Assembly: GCA_934130935.1 (NCBI GenBank)
Contig: CAKOYQ010000001.1
Span: 95,979 to 159,978, forward strand
DNA from: an uncultured Clostridia bacterium
Lineage (GTDB): Bacteria > Bacillota > Clostridia > TANB77 > CAG-508
Length of the DNA stretch: 64,000 nucleotides
Direction: 5' to 3'
The notes under the pieces are model-generated. The model had not been told where the DNA came from. It saw only the letters and a program-made list of their open reading frames with translations, and did not search any database. A program made the translations under genes and the position numbers. Shown piece by piece: positions 20,363 through 30,077 of the stretch; within the stretch, counting starts at the first letter, position 1, and the number at the start of each line of letters is the position of its first letter.

Positions 20363-22489
20363 TTATAAATGTAAAACTCTTGATTTTATTTCTTTAGTTT
20401 TTCCAACATTCCAGAAATTCTCTCCAAGATATCCACACGTTCTACGAACAACATTCATTTTAGAATGGTCTTTATTTCCACATTGAGGACATTCCCATTC
20501 ATTCTTGTCATTTATAATCATTTCTCCATCATATCCACAAACTTGGCAATAATCTGATTTTGTATTAAATTCTGCATATTGAATATTATCATATATAAAT
20601 TTAACAACTTCTTCAAGTGCTTGCAAATTATTTCTCATATTAGGAACTTCTACATATGAAATAGCTCCACCTTTTGACATTGATTGGAATTCACTCTCAA
20701 ATTTAAGCTTGCTAAATGCATCAATTTTTTCTCTAACATCAACATGATATGAATTTGTATAATATCCTTTATCTGTAATATCAGGAATACTTCCATATTT
20801 TTCTTTATCTATACGTGCAAATCTATAACATAAACTTTCTGCTGGAGTTCCATATAATGCAAATCCAATATTTGTTTCTTTTTTCCATTTTTGTATTGTT
20901 TCATTTAGATGTTTCATAACTTTAATAGCAAAATCGTGACCTTCTTTTTGTGTATGTGAAACACCTTTTATTATTTTTGTAAGTTCATATATTCCTATAT
21001 ATCCTAATGATATACTTGAATATCCTCCATATAAATATTTATCAATTTTCTCTCCTTTTTTTAAACGTGCTATTGCACCATTTTGCCAGTGAACAGGAGA
21101 TATATCAGATTTTGTTCCTAATAATGCATAATGTCTACACATTATTGCTTCTTTACACAATTCTAGTCTTACATCAAATTCTTTCCAGAACTTTTCTTCA
21201 TCTCCACCTACTGCTAGACCGATTTGTGGTAAATTGATGCTTACTACACCTTGATTAAATCTTCCTTCAAATTTATAATTTCCATTTTCATCTTTCCATG
21301 GTGCTAAGAAACTTCTACATCCCATTGGACTAAATACATTTCCTTCATAATTTTCTTTCATTTTCTTAGCTGATATATAATCTGGATACATTCTCTTTGC
21401 AGAACATTTTACAGCTAGTTTTGTTAAATAATCATATTTACCACCTTTTAAGCAATTATGTTCATCTAATACATAAATTAATTTTGGGAATGCTGGTGTT
21501 ACATATACACCTACTTCATTTTTTATTCCTTGGATTCTTTGTTTTAAGATTTCCTCTATTATCATTGCATTTTCTTCAATATATTCATCATCTGGTTCTA
21601 AATGTAAGAACAATGTTACAAATGGTGACTGACCATTTGTAGTCATTAGTGTATTTATTTGATATTGAATTGTTTGTACTCCTGCTGATAATTCTTCTTT
21701 TACTCTATCTTTTACTATTTCTTCAATAGCACTCTTAGCTAATTTTCCACCATATTTTTCTGTTAATCTCTTTTGAAATTTGTCATGGCTTCTTCTCAAA
21801 TATTTTCCTAAATGTTTCATATCTACAGATTGTCCACCATATTGATTACTTGCAACTGCTGCAATTATTTGTGTTGTTACTGTACATGCTACCTGAAAAC
21901 TCTTTGGTGTTTCTATCATTTTTCCATTCATTGCTGTTCCATTGTCTAACATATCTCCAATATTTATTAAGCAACAATTAAATATTGGTTGTACAAAATA
22001 ATCTGCATCATGAAAATGTAAAATTCCCTCTTCATGTGCTTTTGATATCTTTTCTGGTAGCAAAATTCTCTTTGTTAAATCTCTTGAAACCTCTCCAGCT
22101 ATATAGTCTCTTTGAGTTGATGCTAATACTGTATTTTTGTTTGAGTTTTCTTCTGCTAATTCTTTATTTTCATTTCTAATCAATCCTAAAATTGATTCAT
22201 CTGTTGTATTTGACTTTCTAACTAATGCTCTTGTATATCTATAAACTATATATTTTTTAGCTAATTCATATTTATCAAATTCCATCAATTTTTCTTCTAT
22301 TACATCTTGAATGTCCTCAACCAACATTCTCTTTTTTCCTAAGTCTTCTATATAATTTATAATCTCATTAATTTCCTCTTTAGTCACTTTTTCTTTTCCT
22401 CTAACCTCTTTATTAGCTTTTTCAATGGCAATCTGGATTTTATTTCTATCAAAATCAATCGTTCTTCCGTCTCTTTTAATAACTTTCAT
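20363..22489 (-). CDS. nrdD: anaerobic ribonucleoside-triphosphate reductase (class III)
   Basis: 708 aa with an N-terminal ATP-cone. The C-terminal Zn ribbon is CQVCGY...CPQCGN and the glycyl-radical motif is RTCGYLG. Confidence 0.9.
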   Translation of the reverse strand: MKVIKRDGRTIDFDRNKIQIAIEKANKEVRGKEKVTKEEINEIINYIEDLGKKRMLVEDIQDVIEEKLMEFDKYELAKKYIVYRYTRALVRKSNTTDESILGLIRNENKELAEENSNKNTVLASTQRDYIAGEVSRDLTKRILLPEKISKAHEEGILHFHDADYFVQPIFNCCLINIGDMLDNGTAMNGKMIETPKSFQVACTVTTQIIAAVASNQYGGQSVDMKHLGKYLRRSHDKFQKRLTEKYGGKLAKSAIEEIVKDRVKEELSAGVQTIQYQINTLMTTNGQSPFVTLFLHLEPDDEYIEENAMIIEEILKQRIQGIKNEVGVYVTPAFPKLIYVLDEHNCLKGGKYDYLTKLAVKCSAKRMYPDYISAKKMKENYEGNVFSPMGCRSFLAPWKDENGNYKFEGRFNQGVVSINLPQIGLAVGGDEEKFWKEFDVRLELCKEAIMCRHYALLGTKSDISPVHWQNGAIARLKKGEKIDKYLYGGYSSISLGYIGIYELTKIIKGVSHTQKEGHDFAIKVMKHLNETIQKWKKETNIGFALYGTPAESLCYRFARIDKEKYGSIPDITDKGYYTNSYHVDVREKIDAFSKLKFESEFQSMSKGGAISYVEVPNMRNNLQALEEVVKFIYDNIQYAEFNTKSDYCQVCGYDGEMIINDKNEWECPQCGNKDHSKMNVVRRTCGYLGENFWNVGKTKEIKSRVLHL

Positions 22490-22598
22490 TTTACTTATCC
22501 TCCTTTGATTATCTTTAATATTTATATTAATAATCTATCATTTGTAGAAAATTAATTACTTAATATGTTTTTATTATACATTTAATTTTTTAAAAAAC

Positions 22599-22614
22599 TG
22601 TTGCAAATGCAACA
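22599..22614. promoter_or_regulatory. perfect 7-bp inverted repeat TGTTGCA-aa-TGCAACA in the nrdD / crp-like divergent promoter region
   Basis: Read directly in the sequence. An additional ATGAAAT...ATTTCAT dyad lies 10 nt downstream. Confidence 0.3.
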
Positions 22615-22721
22615 AAAATGAAATATAATTATTTCGAAATTTCATAATTTTTAGTATAATAATTATGTCGAATTTTGTACCTTTTGTGGCACATGATTTT
22701 GATAATTTAGAGGTGTTTTTT

Positions 22722-23351
22722 ATGGATACTAATTTTGATAAAAAAATTTTTTTAAAAAATTTCATTAATAATTGTAATAAAATTCAAATAAAAAAATTTG
22801 CAAAAGATGAAATTGTAACAACATATATAGAAAAACGTAATCAACTTTGTATAGTTTTATCAGGCGAAGTAGATTTAATAAGATATGATGTTAATGGAAA
22901 TAAAACAATAATTAGCCACTTTGTTACTGATGATGTATTTGGTGAAGTTTTTTATCCTGCAAATACTAATAATGAGCTTTTTGCTATTGCACGTAAAAAT
23001 TCTGAAATATTATTTTACACATATGATTCTTTACTAACAAAATGTAGACGTAATTGTGATTTTCATAAAACTCTTACTAGTAGTTTAAGTGAACTTTTTT
23101 TAAATAATATTGTTGAATTAAATTTGCGTATAGAATTACTTACAAAAAGAAGTACTAGAAGTAAAATACTTTCTTATTTTGATATTCTATCAAAAGGCTC
23201 TTTAAGAAAAACTTTTACATTGCCATACACCTACACAGATTTAGCTGATTTTTTAAGTGTTGATAGAAGTGCTATGATGAGAGAATTAAAATTACTAATT
23301 GATGATGGATTCATCAAAAAAGATGGAAGCAAAATCACTTTATTGTATTAA
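22722..23351 (+). CDS. Crp/Fnr family transcriptional regulator
   Basis: An N-terminal cNMP-binding beta-roll is followed by a C-terminal HTH (RSKILSYFDILS...YTDLADFLSVDRSAMMRELKLL). The start is moved to the ATG at 22722, which has a GAGGTG RBS. The 22665 start of the ORF track has none. Confidence 0.7.
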   Translation: MDTNFDKKIFLKNFINNCNKIQIKKFAKDEIVTTYIEKRNQLCIVLSGEVDLIRYDVNGNKTIISHFVTDDVFGEVFYPANTNNELFAIARKNSEILFYTYDSLLTKCRRNCDFHKTLTSSLSELFLNNIVELNLRIELLTKRSTRSKILSYFDILSKGSLRKTFTLPYTYTDLADFLSVDRSAMMRELKLLIDDGFIKKDGSKITLLY

Positions 23352-23413
23352 TATTATTATAATTGCATATAATTGTATAAATGAAAAAATCTATTTTTAT
23401 TAATGGAGGACAT

Positions 23414-24640
23414 ATGAAAAAAATTTTTATTTTACTTATATTAATATTTATTTTTAGTACACCAATATGTTATGCTTTTTCAGATGGATACACATGGTCT
23501 GTTTTAAACAATTCTATCGAAGCTTCTGCATCTCTTCAAGAAAATGAAGAAATATTGGATAATAATTTTTTAAATTTAGAAACTGGTTCTGCTATTTTGA
23601 TAGAACAAAATAGTGGTCAAATGTTATATGGTTATAACATTCACGAAAAATTGCACCCAGCTAGCGTAACAAAAGTTATGAGTCTTTTGCTTATTATGGA
23701 AGCATTAGATAGCGGAAAAATAACACTTGATACTCAAATCCCTTGTAGTAGCAATGCAGCTTCAATGGGAGGATCTCAAATTTGGTTAGATACAACAGAA
23801 ACGTTAAGCGTTAATGATATGTTAAAAGCTATTGCTGTAGTTTCTGCCAATGACTGCGTAGTGGCTCTTGCAGAATATATTGGTGGAACAGAAGAAGGAT
23901 TTGTTCAGATGATGAATAATAGAGCAAAAGAACTTGGAATGAATGATACTACATTTAAGAACTGTCATGGCCTTGATGAAGACGAACATTTAACATCTGC
24001 TTATGATATATCTTTAATGTCTCGTGAACTTTTATCCAACCATCCATCTATTACAAATTATTCAACTATTTGGACAGATACTTTAAGAGACGGAAAATCT
24101 GCGCTTTCTAATACGAACAAATTAGTAAGAAATTATTCTGGTTGTACTGGATTAAAAACAGGCTCTACTTCACTTGCATTATTTAATCTTTCTGCATCTG
24201 CTAGTAGAGATGGATTATCATTAATTGCTGTTGTTATGAAATCTCCAACTTCTGCCCTTCGTTTTAGTAATGCTACTGCCCTTTTAGATTATGGTTTTAG
24301 TAACTATTCTTATAAATCTTTTGGAAATAAAGGGGAAATTGTTAAAAATGTTGATGTAACAAAAGGCGTTTCAACAAATGTAAATGCAGTTTATGAACAA
24401 TCTCCATCTTTTCTTGTAAAAAAAGGAGAGGAATCAAATGTAACTTATGAAATAAATTTAAATAATACAGTTCAGTCCCCTGTTTATCAAGGACAACAAC
24501 TTGGAACAATAAAATATTCTCTAAATGGCTCTGAAATTGAAACTGTTAATTTGGTTGCAGAAAATTCCGTTGAAAAAATTAATTTAATTAATATGGCAAA
24601 ACATATTTTTAATGATTGGTTTTCTTTATTACGTACCTAA
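23414..24640 (+). CDS. D-alanyl-D-alanine carboxypeptidase (PBP5/DacB-like, S11 peptidase)
   Basis: It has a signal peptide and the SxxK (SVTKVM), SxN (SAND) and KTG motifs. A C-terminal beta-sandwich domain is present. The start at 23414 follows GGAGG. Confidence 0.8.
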   Translation: MKKIFILLILIFIFSTPICYAFSDGYTWSVLNNSIEASASLQENEEILDNNFLNLETGSAILIEQNSGQMLYGYNIHEKLHPASVTKVMSLLLIMEALDSGKITLDTQIPCSSNAASMGGSQIWLDTTETLSVNDMLKAIAVVSANDCVVALAEYIGGTEEGFVQMMNNRAKELGMNDTTFKNCHGLDEDEHLTSAYDISLMSRELLSNHPSITNYSTIWTDTLRDGKSALSNTNKLVRNYSGCTGLKTGSTSLALFNLSASASRDGLSLIAVVMKSPTSALRFSNATALLDYGFSNYSYKSFGNKGEIVKNVDVTKGVSTNVNAVYEQSPSFLVKKGEESNVTYEINLNNTVQSPVYQGQQLGTIKYSLNGSEIETVNLVAENSVEKINLINMAKHIFNDWFSLLRT

Positions 24641-24749
24641 ATTTGAACATTTTTCATTTTTTATCTAAAAACTCTTGTTTTTTAAATAAATGTATGGTAA
24701 ACTATTTATTAGTCATGTTTATAAATTTAAATAGGAGGTGTATTTAATC

Positions 24750-24947
24750 ATGGCAAAATGTGAAATTTGTGAAAAAACAGCAATTCATGGAAATAAATTA
24801 AGTATAACTCGTTCACATATAAGTAAAAGATCTCCACGTACTTGGAAACCAAACTTAAGAACAGTAAAAGCTGATGTTGATGGAGAAATTAAAAAAATTC
24901 ATGTATGTGCTAAATGTTTAAAAAATGGAAAAGTTAAAAGAGCATAA
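24750..24947 (+). CDS. rpmB: 50S ribosomal protein L28
   Basis: MAKCEICEKTAIHGNKLSITRSHISKRSPRTWKPNLRT... is a typical L28. A GGAGGTG RBS sits 8 nt upstream of the ATG at 24750. Confidence 0.85.
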   Translation: MAKCEICEKTAIHGNKLSITRSHISKRSPRTWKPNLRTVKADVDGEIKKIHVCAKCLKNGKVKRA

Positions 24948-24977
24948 AAAAACGCTTAACCAAAAAGCGTTTTTTTT
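24946..24977 (+). terminator. rho-independent terminator after rpmB
   Basis: aaaaaacgctt-aacc-aaaaagcgtttttttt. Confidence 0.7.
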
Positions 24978-25011
24978 ATTATATAATATATATGTTACAA
25001 TCAATATTGAT

Positions 25012-25335
25012 TTAAAACTTTGTTTCTTTAGCACTTAATTCTATTATTTTTTCCATATCATCATCTTCTGCGACCTTGTTTTTACGTATCTTTCCACATT
25101 TTTTACATCTAAAAATAATAACATACCCTTTTTTAGAATTTGTTTCAAGACCTATTGGTTCTAAAATTCCGTGACATGTTTCTGCTCTATCACCTGGGTT
25201 TATATCTAAATGTTTTGAATGTAAGCAGTATGGGCAATGGTTCCTACAAGTATAACCCAATTTAGGAACCTTTTTGCCACAATTCTCACATATGAATTCT
25301 TCATCTATTTTAGTAAATTTACTTGTTTCTAACAT
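25012..25335 (-). CDS. RNHCP domain zinc-ribbon protein
   Basis: 107 aa with two CxxC pairs and the literal RNHCPYC motif (CENCGKK...CRNHCPYCLHSKH...CKKCGK). Confidence 0.6.
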   Translation of the reverse strand: MLETSKFTKIDEEFICENCGKKVPKLGYTCRNHCPYCLHSKHLDINPGDRAETCHGILEPIGLETNSKKGYVIIFRCKKCGKIRKNKVAEDDDMEKIIELSAKETKF

Positions 25336-25349
25336 TTATATCCTTTCTA

Positions 25350-25413
25350 GGGCAATTCGGGGTCGGTTCCATTTTTGCCCTTGGGACATTTGGGGTCGGT
25401 TCCGTTTTTGCCC
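25350..25413 (+). repeat. tandem pair of 31-bp GGGCAA-hairpin repeat units
   Basis: gggcaattcggggtcggttccatttttgccc + tt + gggacatttggggtcggttccgtttttgccc + ttttt. The pair fills the intergenic gap between the kinase-like gene stop and the RNHCP start. Confidence 0.85.
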
Positions 25414-25420
25414 TTTTTAA

Positions 25421-27028
25421 TTATCCCTTAAAATCTCCTCCACCAAGAAATTCTTTAAGCAAAGAATTTGATGGAACTAATTCTTTTGGTATTGGTTCGA
25501 AATATCGCAATATCTCAAGTAATCTTTGTGCCTCAGCATATTCTGGTTCTGAGTTTTTGATTTGTTTTAATAATGGTTCAGCTTCAGCTTTAAGTACTCC
25601 TAATTCATAAATCAATGATGTATTAAAAATACTATCAGCATCTTCTTGGAATGGAAATATATTTCTTTCTTCCCCTCTATTTACATTATTCCACGTCTGA
25701 ATTGTTTTTTGAGGTGAATATCCTCTAAACTGATTATCTCTAACAATTCTCCTTATTAGTCTTGTATCTGTTGTTGAAATTCTATTAAAAGCATCCATAT
25801 TAAGTACTGTTAACGCACTTATATACACTTTGTATTTTTGGTCATGTGGTATTTTTTCGGTCAATTTATCATTTAAGCAATGAATTCCTTCAATTACAAG
25901 TATATCGTCTTTCTCCATTTTTATTTTATTTCCATTATATTTCTTAGTTCCTTCATGAAAATCAAATTCTGGTGTTTCAACTTCCTCCCCATTTAACAAT
26001 GCTAATAAATGCTTATTAAATAGTTCTGTATCAATAGCGTCAATACTTTCAAAGTCATATTCTCCTTTTTTATTTAGAGGTGTCTGTGATCTTTCTACAA
26101 AGTAATTATCTACAGAAATTGTTACAGGTCTCAATCCATTTATTTTAAGTTGAATACCTAATCTTTGTGCAAATGTTGTCTTTCCTGATGACGATGGCCC
26201 AGCTATTAAAATTATTTTTACACCTTTTCTTTCTGCTATTTTATCTGCTATTTGAGAAATTTTTTTCTCATGTAAAGCTTCTGACAATAGTATCATATAT
26301 TTTATTTGATTTTCTTTTACAATTCTGTTTAATCTATATACTGTTCCTACATTTAAAACTCTGTATATCGTCTCATATTCTTGTAAAGCCCATAATAATT
26401 TTTTTGTTTCTTTAAATTCTGGAATTATATTAACATTACTTGAAGTTGGATATCTTAACAAAAAACCATCACTATATTTTTGCAAGTCAAATAATTTTGT
26501 AACTCCTGTATGTGTTGCAATTATCTCATAGAAGTAATTAAAATAATCATCACAGTAATACATGTTAATATCTTCTTTTTCTTTTAAATCAAATTGTAAT
26601 CTTCCTTTTGGTGTATTTGTTTCTTTGTAAAATACTTCTGCTTCTTGTCTAGTCATTGTCCTTTTTTCTATCTTTAAATCTTTTTTAATTATTTCTTGCA
26701 TTTTCTCTTTGACTTTTTCTAGCATATCATCAGTTATTTCCATATTTTCTATATTACAATACATTGCATGTGATAATTGGTAATCTACAATTATATGTGC
26801 CTCTGGATATATATGCCAAAATGCTTTTCCCATTATAAATGTCAAAGTTCTTCTATATATTTTCATTCCTTCTTTTGAATTAATTTTAATTAGTTCTATG
26901 TCTCCATTCTTTGCAACTATGTCATCTAAATTTTTATATTCATTATTAACTTTAGCTCCTACAACTGGATATTCACTCTTTTCTATTTGTTCTTTTAATA
27001 ATTCTGATATTCTTATATTTTCTTCCAT
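25421..27028 (-). CDS. uridine kinase/phosphoribulokinase-family nucleoside kinase with N-terminal TGS-like domain
   Basis: 535 aa. A P-loop (IAGPSSSGKTTFAQRL) sits in the C-terminal half, and the N-terminal ~200 aa resemble the ThrRS/GTPase TGS fold. This architecture is conserved in Clostridia. Confidence 0.6.
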   Translation of the reverse strand: MEENIRISELLKEQIEKSEYPVVGAKVNNEYKNLDDIVAKNGDIELIKINSKEGMKIYRRTLTFIMGKAFWHIYPEAHIIVDYQLSHAMYCNIENMEITDDMLEKVKEKMQEIIKKDLKIEKRTMTRQEAEVFYKETNTPKGRLQFDLKEKEDINMYYCDDYFNYFYEIIATHTGVTKLFDLQKYSDGFLLRYPTSSNVNIIPEFKETKKLLWALQEYETIYRVLNVGTVYRLNRIVKENQIKYMILLSEALHEKKISQIADKIAERKGVKIILIAGPSSSGKTTFAQRLGIQLKINGLRPVTISVDNYFVERSQTPLNKKGEYDFESIDAIDTELFNKHLLALLNGEEVETPEFDFHEGTKKYNGNKIKMEKDDILVIEGIHCLNDKLTEKIPHDQKYKVYISALTVLNMDAFNRISTTDTRLIRRIVRDNQFRGYSPQKTIQTWNNVNRGEERNIFPFQEDADSIFNTSLIYELGVLKAEAEPLLKQIKNSEPEYAEAQRLLEILRYFEPIPKELVPSNSLLKEFLGGGDFKG

Positions 27029-27105
27029 ATCTTTTCCTTTCTTATCTTAATGTAAATCTTTTAAACAATTAAAAATATTTTACTATATATCCCTTAAAAA
27101 ATCAA

Positions 27106-27485
27106 GGGTAATTTGGGGGACATTTGGGGTCGGTTCCGTTTTTGCCCAATGGGGTAATTCGGGGTCGGTTCCATTTTTGCCCTTTTTCTCTTAAATATGA
27201 TAATTATTAATATTAAATATAAACTTTAAATGAAATGACGAATATGATTGGAGAAACTTTAGAAATTCTACGAAATTTTATGGAAAGAGTTCACGAGAGT
27301 GGAAGGGTGCCATAAAATAAGTTAGAATTTCTTAAGTTTCGTAATGAATCGAGGGAATGTAATGCAAAGTTTATATTTAATATTAATAAATTAGTTATGT
27401 CTCGAAAAGGGCAAAAGTGGAACCGACCCCGAATTACCCCATTGGGCAAAAACGGAACCGACCCCAAATGTCCCCCAAATTACCC
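27106..27485. mobile_element. composite palindromic element: 77-bp inverted arms (two GGGCAA-hairpin units each) flanking a ~180-bp copy of the conserved core element (MITE-like)
   Basis: The left arm 27106-27182 and the right arm 27409-27485 are reverse complements with a single mismatch. The core at 27207-27386 is homologous to the cores at 650-831, 47078-47259 and 60464-60630. Confidence 0.6.
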
Positions 27486-27516
27486 GCACAAAAAAACGAG
27501 CATTTCTGCCCGTCTT

Positions 27517-29064
27517 CTATTTTGCATAATCAACAACTCTAGTTTCTCTAATAATATTGACTTTTATTTGTCCTGGATAATCCATCTCATCTTCGATTCT
27601 CTTAGACACATCTCTTGCAAGTAAAGTCATTTGATCATCTGAAATTTTTTCTGGTTTTACAATTATTCTTACTTCTCTACCAGCTTGAATTGCAAATGAT
27701 TTTTCAACTCCGTCAAAAGAATCAGCTATAGACTCAAGATTTTCCAATCTTTTTATGTAAGCTTCCAAAGTTTCTCTTCTTGCTCCTGGTCTTGATGCTG
27801 ATATCGCATCAGCAGCTTGTACTAATACAGCTTCTAGCGTTTGTGGTTCAACATCTCCATGGTGTGCCTCTACTGCATTTATTACAAGTTGGTTTTCTTT
27901 AAATTTCTTTAATATATCTACACCAATCTGAACATGAGTTCCCTCCATGTCATGATCTAAGGCTTTACCTATGTCATGTAACAATCCAGCTCTACGTGCA
28001 AGTTTTGGATCTAAGCCAAGCTCTTCTGCCATTATCCTTGCTAAGTTTGAAACTTCTATTGAGTGATTTAATACATTTTGTCCATAACTTGTTCTGTATT
28101 TTAACTTTCCTATTAGTTTTATAAGTTCTGGATTTAAACCAATTACTCCAGTTTCTAATGCTGCTCTTTCTCCCTCTGATTTTATAGTTTCTGACAATTC
28201 TTCTTTAGCCTTTTCTACCATTTCTTCTATTTTGGCTGGATGTATTCTTCCATCATCTATCAACTTCTCAAGGGCAATTCTTGCTACTTCTCTTCTTAAT
28301 GGATCAAAACCTGATAATATCACTGCTTCTGGTGTATCATCTATTATTAAATCTATTCCTGTAAGAGTCTCTAATGCTCTTATATTTCTACCTTCTCTAC
28401 CTATAATTCTTCCTTTAATATCATCTGATGGAAGTGGTACTATTGAAACTGTAGTCTCTGCTGAGTGGTCTGCAGCACATTTTTGAATTGCATAACTTAT
28501 TGTCTCTCTTGCATTCTTCTTTGCTTCCTCTTTAGCTTTTTGCTCTAAATCTTTAATTAATATAGCTTTTTCAGCTGTTATTTCTTGTTCCACTGAACTC
28601 AATAATTGTACTTTTGCCTCTTCTTTAGTTAAGTTCGCAACCTTTTGAAGAACCTCTAATTGCTCATTCTTTAATTCTTCAATATGCTGTTCCTTCTCTT
28701 TTAGTTCACGTTCTCCTTTTTCTAACTCTCTTTCTTTTTTCTCAAAATTGTCTGAACGTTTTTCTAAGTTCTCTTCTTTTTGGATAATTCTACTTTCTTG
28801 TTTTTGTATTTCGCCTCTTCTTTCTTTAATCTCTTGATCTAATTCATTTCTAGCATTCATAATTTCTTCTTTTGCTTTAAAAATTTGTTCTTTTTTTAAA
28901 TTTTCTGCCTCTATTTTCGCTAGGTCTACTAATCTTTGTGCTTCTTTTTCTGCTCCTCCAATTTTAGATTCAGCAATTTTTTTTCTTATTACCATCCCCA
29001 ATGGTATTCCTATTGCTAATGAGATTAAGACAGTGGCTACTATGATTAAAATATCCATAATCAT
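27517..29064 (-). CDS. rny: ribonuclease Y
   Basis: 515 aa with an N-terminal TM and a long K/E-rich coiled coil. It has a KH domain and an HD domain ([18 protein letters not shown]). Confidence 0.9.
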   Translation of the reverse strand: MIMDILIIVATVLISLAIGIPLGMVIRKKIAESKIGGAEKEAQRLVDLAKIEAENLKKEQIFKAKEEIMNARNELDQEIKERRGEIQKQESRIIQKEENLEKRSDNFEKKERELEKGERELKEKEQHIEELKNEQLEVLQKVANLTKEEAKVQLLSSVEQEITAEKAILIKDLEQKAKEEAKKNARETISYAIQKCAADHSAETTVSIVPLPSDDIKGRIIGREGRNIRALETLTGIDLIIDDTPEAVILSGFDPLRREVARIALEKLIDDGRIHPAKIEEMVEKAKEELSETIKSEGERAALETGVIGLNPELIKLIGKLKYRTSYGQNVLNHSIEVSNLARIMAEELGLDPKLARRAGLLHDIGKALDHDMEGTHVQIGVDILKKFKENQLVINAVEAHHGDVEPQTLEAVLVQAADAISASRPGARRETLEAYIKRLENLESIADSFDGVEKSFAIQAGREVRIIVKPEKISDDQMTLLARDVSKRIEDEMDYPGQIKVNIIRETRVVDYAK

Positions 29065-29207
29065 ACACCTCTTTCTTATTTATTTTTCAATGTTCGAATA
29101 AATATATCTTTTTTTACTTTCTTTTTTTATATATTTTTTCAACCAATTATATTTTATAATTATTATTGTAAACTGTCAAGGGTTTTTCGCTAATTTGTAC
29201 ATTAAGA

Positions 29208-29861
29208 TTATATGTTTTTCAAAGTAATCATTTTATCATCAAATTTATTTATCATCTTAGCACATGCAATTAATTCTTTTGATGTTTTTTTATTTACATT
29301 TTGTTCTGATTTATATTTAACTTTGTGTTCAACATTTGCCCAAAAATCCATTGCAAGAGTTCTAATTTGTATCTCACATTTTACATATACCGTTTTTTGT
29401 GTTAGATTAACTGGTACTTCGACAACCATATGATAACTAGAATATCCACTTTCTTTTGGATTTGTAACATAATCTTTTTCTTTTAATATATGTAAATCTG
29501 GCATCTTTTTTATTAAATCTTTTATAAAAAAGATATCATCCTTCAAAGTACATACTATTCTTAATCCTGCAATGTCATTTATTTTTTCTATTAAGTTTAA
29601 ATATGTTTTATCATATTTTTTCTTTTCCATTTTTCTAATTATACTTTTAGGTTCTTTTATTCTCGCATCTATATGATCAATTAAATCATAATTATACATT
29701 ATTTGAAATTCTTCTTTTATTATATTCATTTGTACAGTAAGTTGGTCTAATGCTGATTTGTAAAAAAACATGAGTTTATCAAATGGTTCTTCTTTAACAT
29801 CTAATTTTTCCTCTTTATCTTCTAAAAAGTTTTCAATTATTATTAAATCATTTTCTCTCAT
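29208..29861 (-). CDS. small alarmone synthetase (RelQ/YjbM-type GTP pyrophosphokinase)
   Basis: RelA/SpoT synthetase-domain motifs DIAGLRIVC and YSSYHMVV are present, with no hydrolase or regulatory domains. I moved the start to the ATG at 29861, which has an AAGGTGAAAGGA RBS. The 29879 start of the ORF track is a GTG. Confidence 0.75.
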   Translation of the reverse strand: MRENDLIIIENFLEDKEEKLDVKEEPFDKLMFFYKSALDQLTVQMNIIKEEFQIMYNYDLIDHIDARIKEPKSIIRKMEKKKYDKTYLNLIEKINDIAGLRIVCTLKDDIFFIKDLIKKMPDLHILKEKDYVTNPKESGYSSYHMVVEVPVNLTQKTVYVKCEIQIRTLAMDFWANVEHKVKYKSEQNVNKKTSKELIACAKMINKFDDKMITLKNI

Positions 29862-30077
29862 ACTACAAATTCCTTTCACCTTATTATCATAATAAACATT
29901 AGTATTATAAACTTGATTTGTTTTACTAATTGCATTTTAATTTTATATGTGATTTGTTATGAAAGTATTCTTGTTTTGTGTCTTTTTTGTGAATTGATTT
30001 TTTATTCTACAGATTTATTGAATTTTCAATTTTTTATTGATATAATTTTTTTAATATTTATTAAGGAGGTGATTTTT

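Noticed and set aside
22490-22664. Looked for NrdR boxes upstream of nrdD.
   Set aside because: The best candidate (atgtttttattatacat) matches only the outer 4 bp of the 16-bp NrdR palindrome, which is too weak to call.
27397-27624. 75-aa ORF starting in the right arm of the composite element (and similar ORFs at 20214-20486 and 25323-25610).
   Set aside because: The translations (…NRPRITPLGKNGTDPKCPPNYP…, …GQFGVGSIFALGTFGVGSVFAL…) are the hairpin repeats read in frame. They have no RBS and extend into neighbouring genes out of frame.
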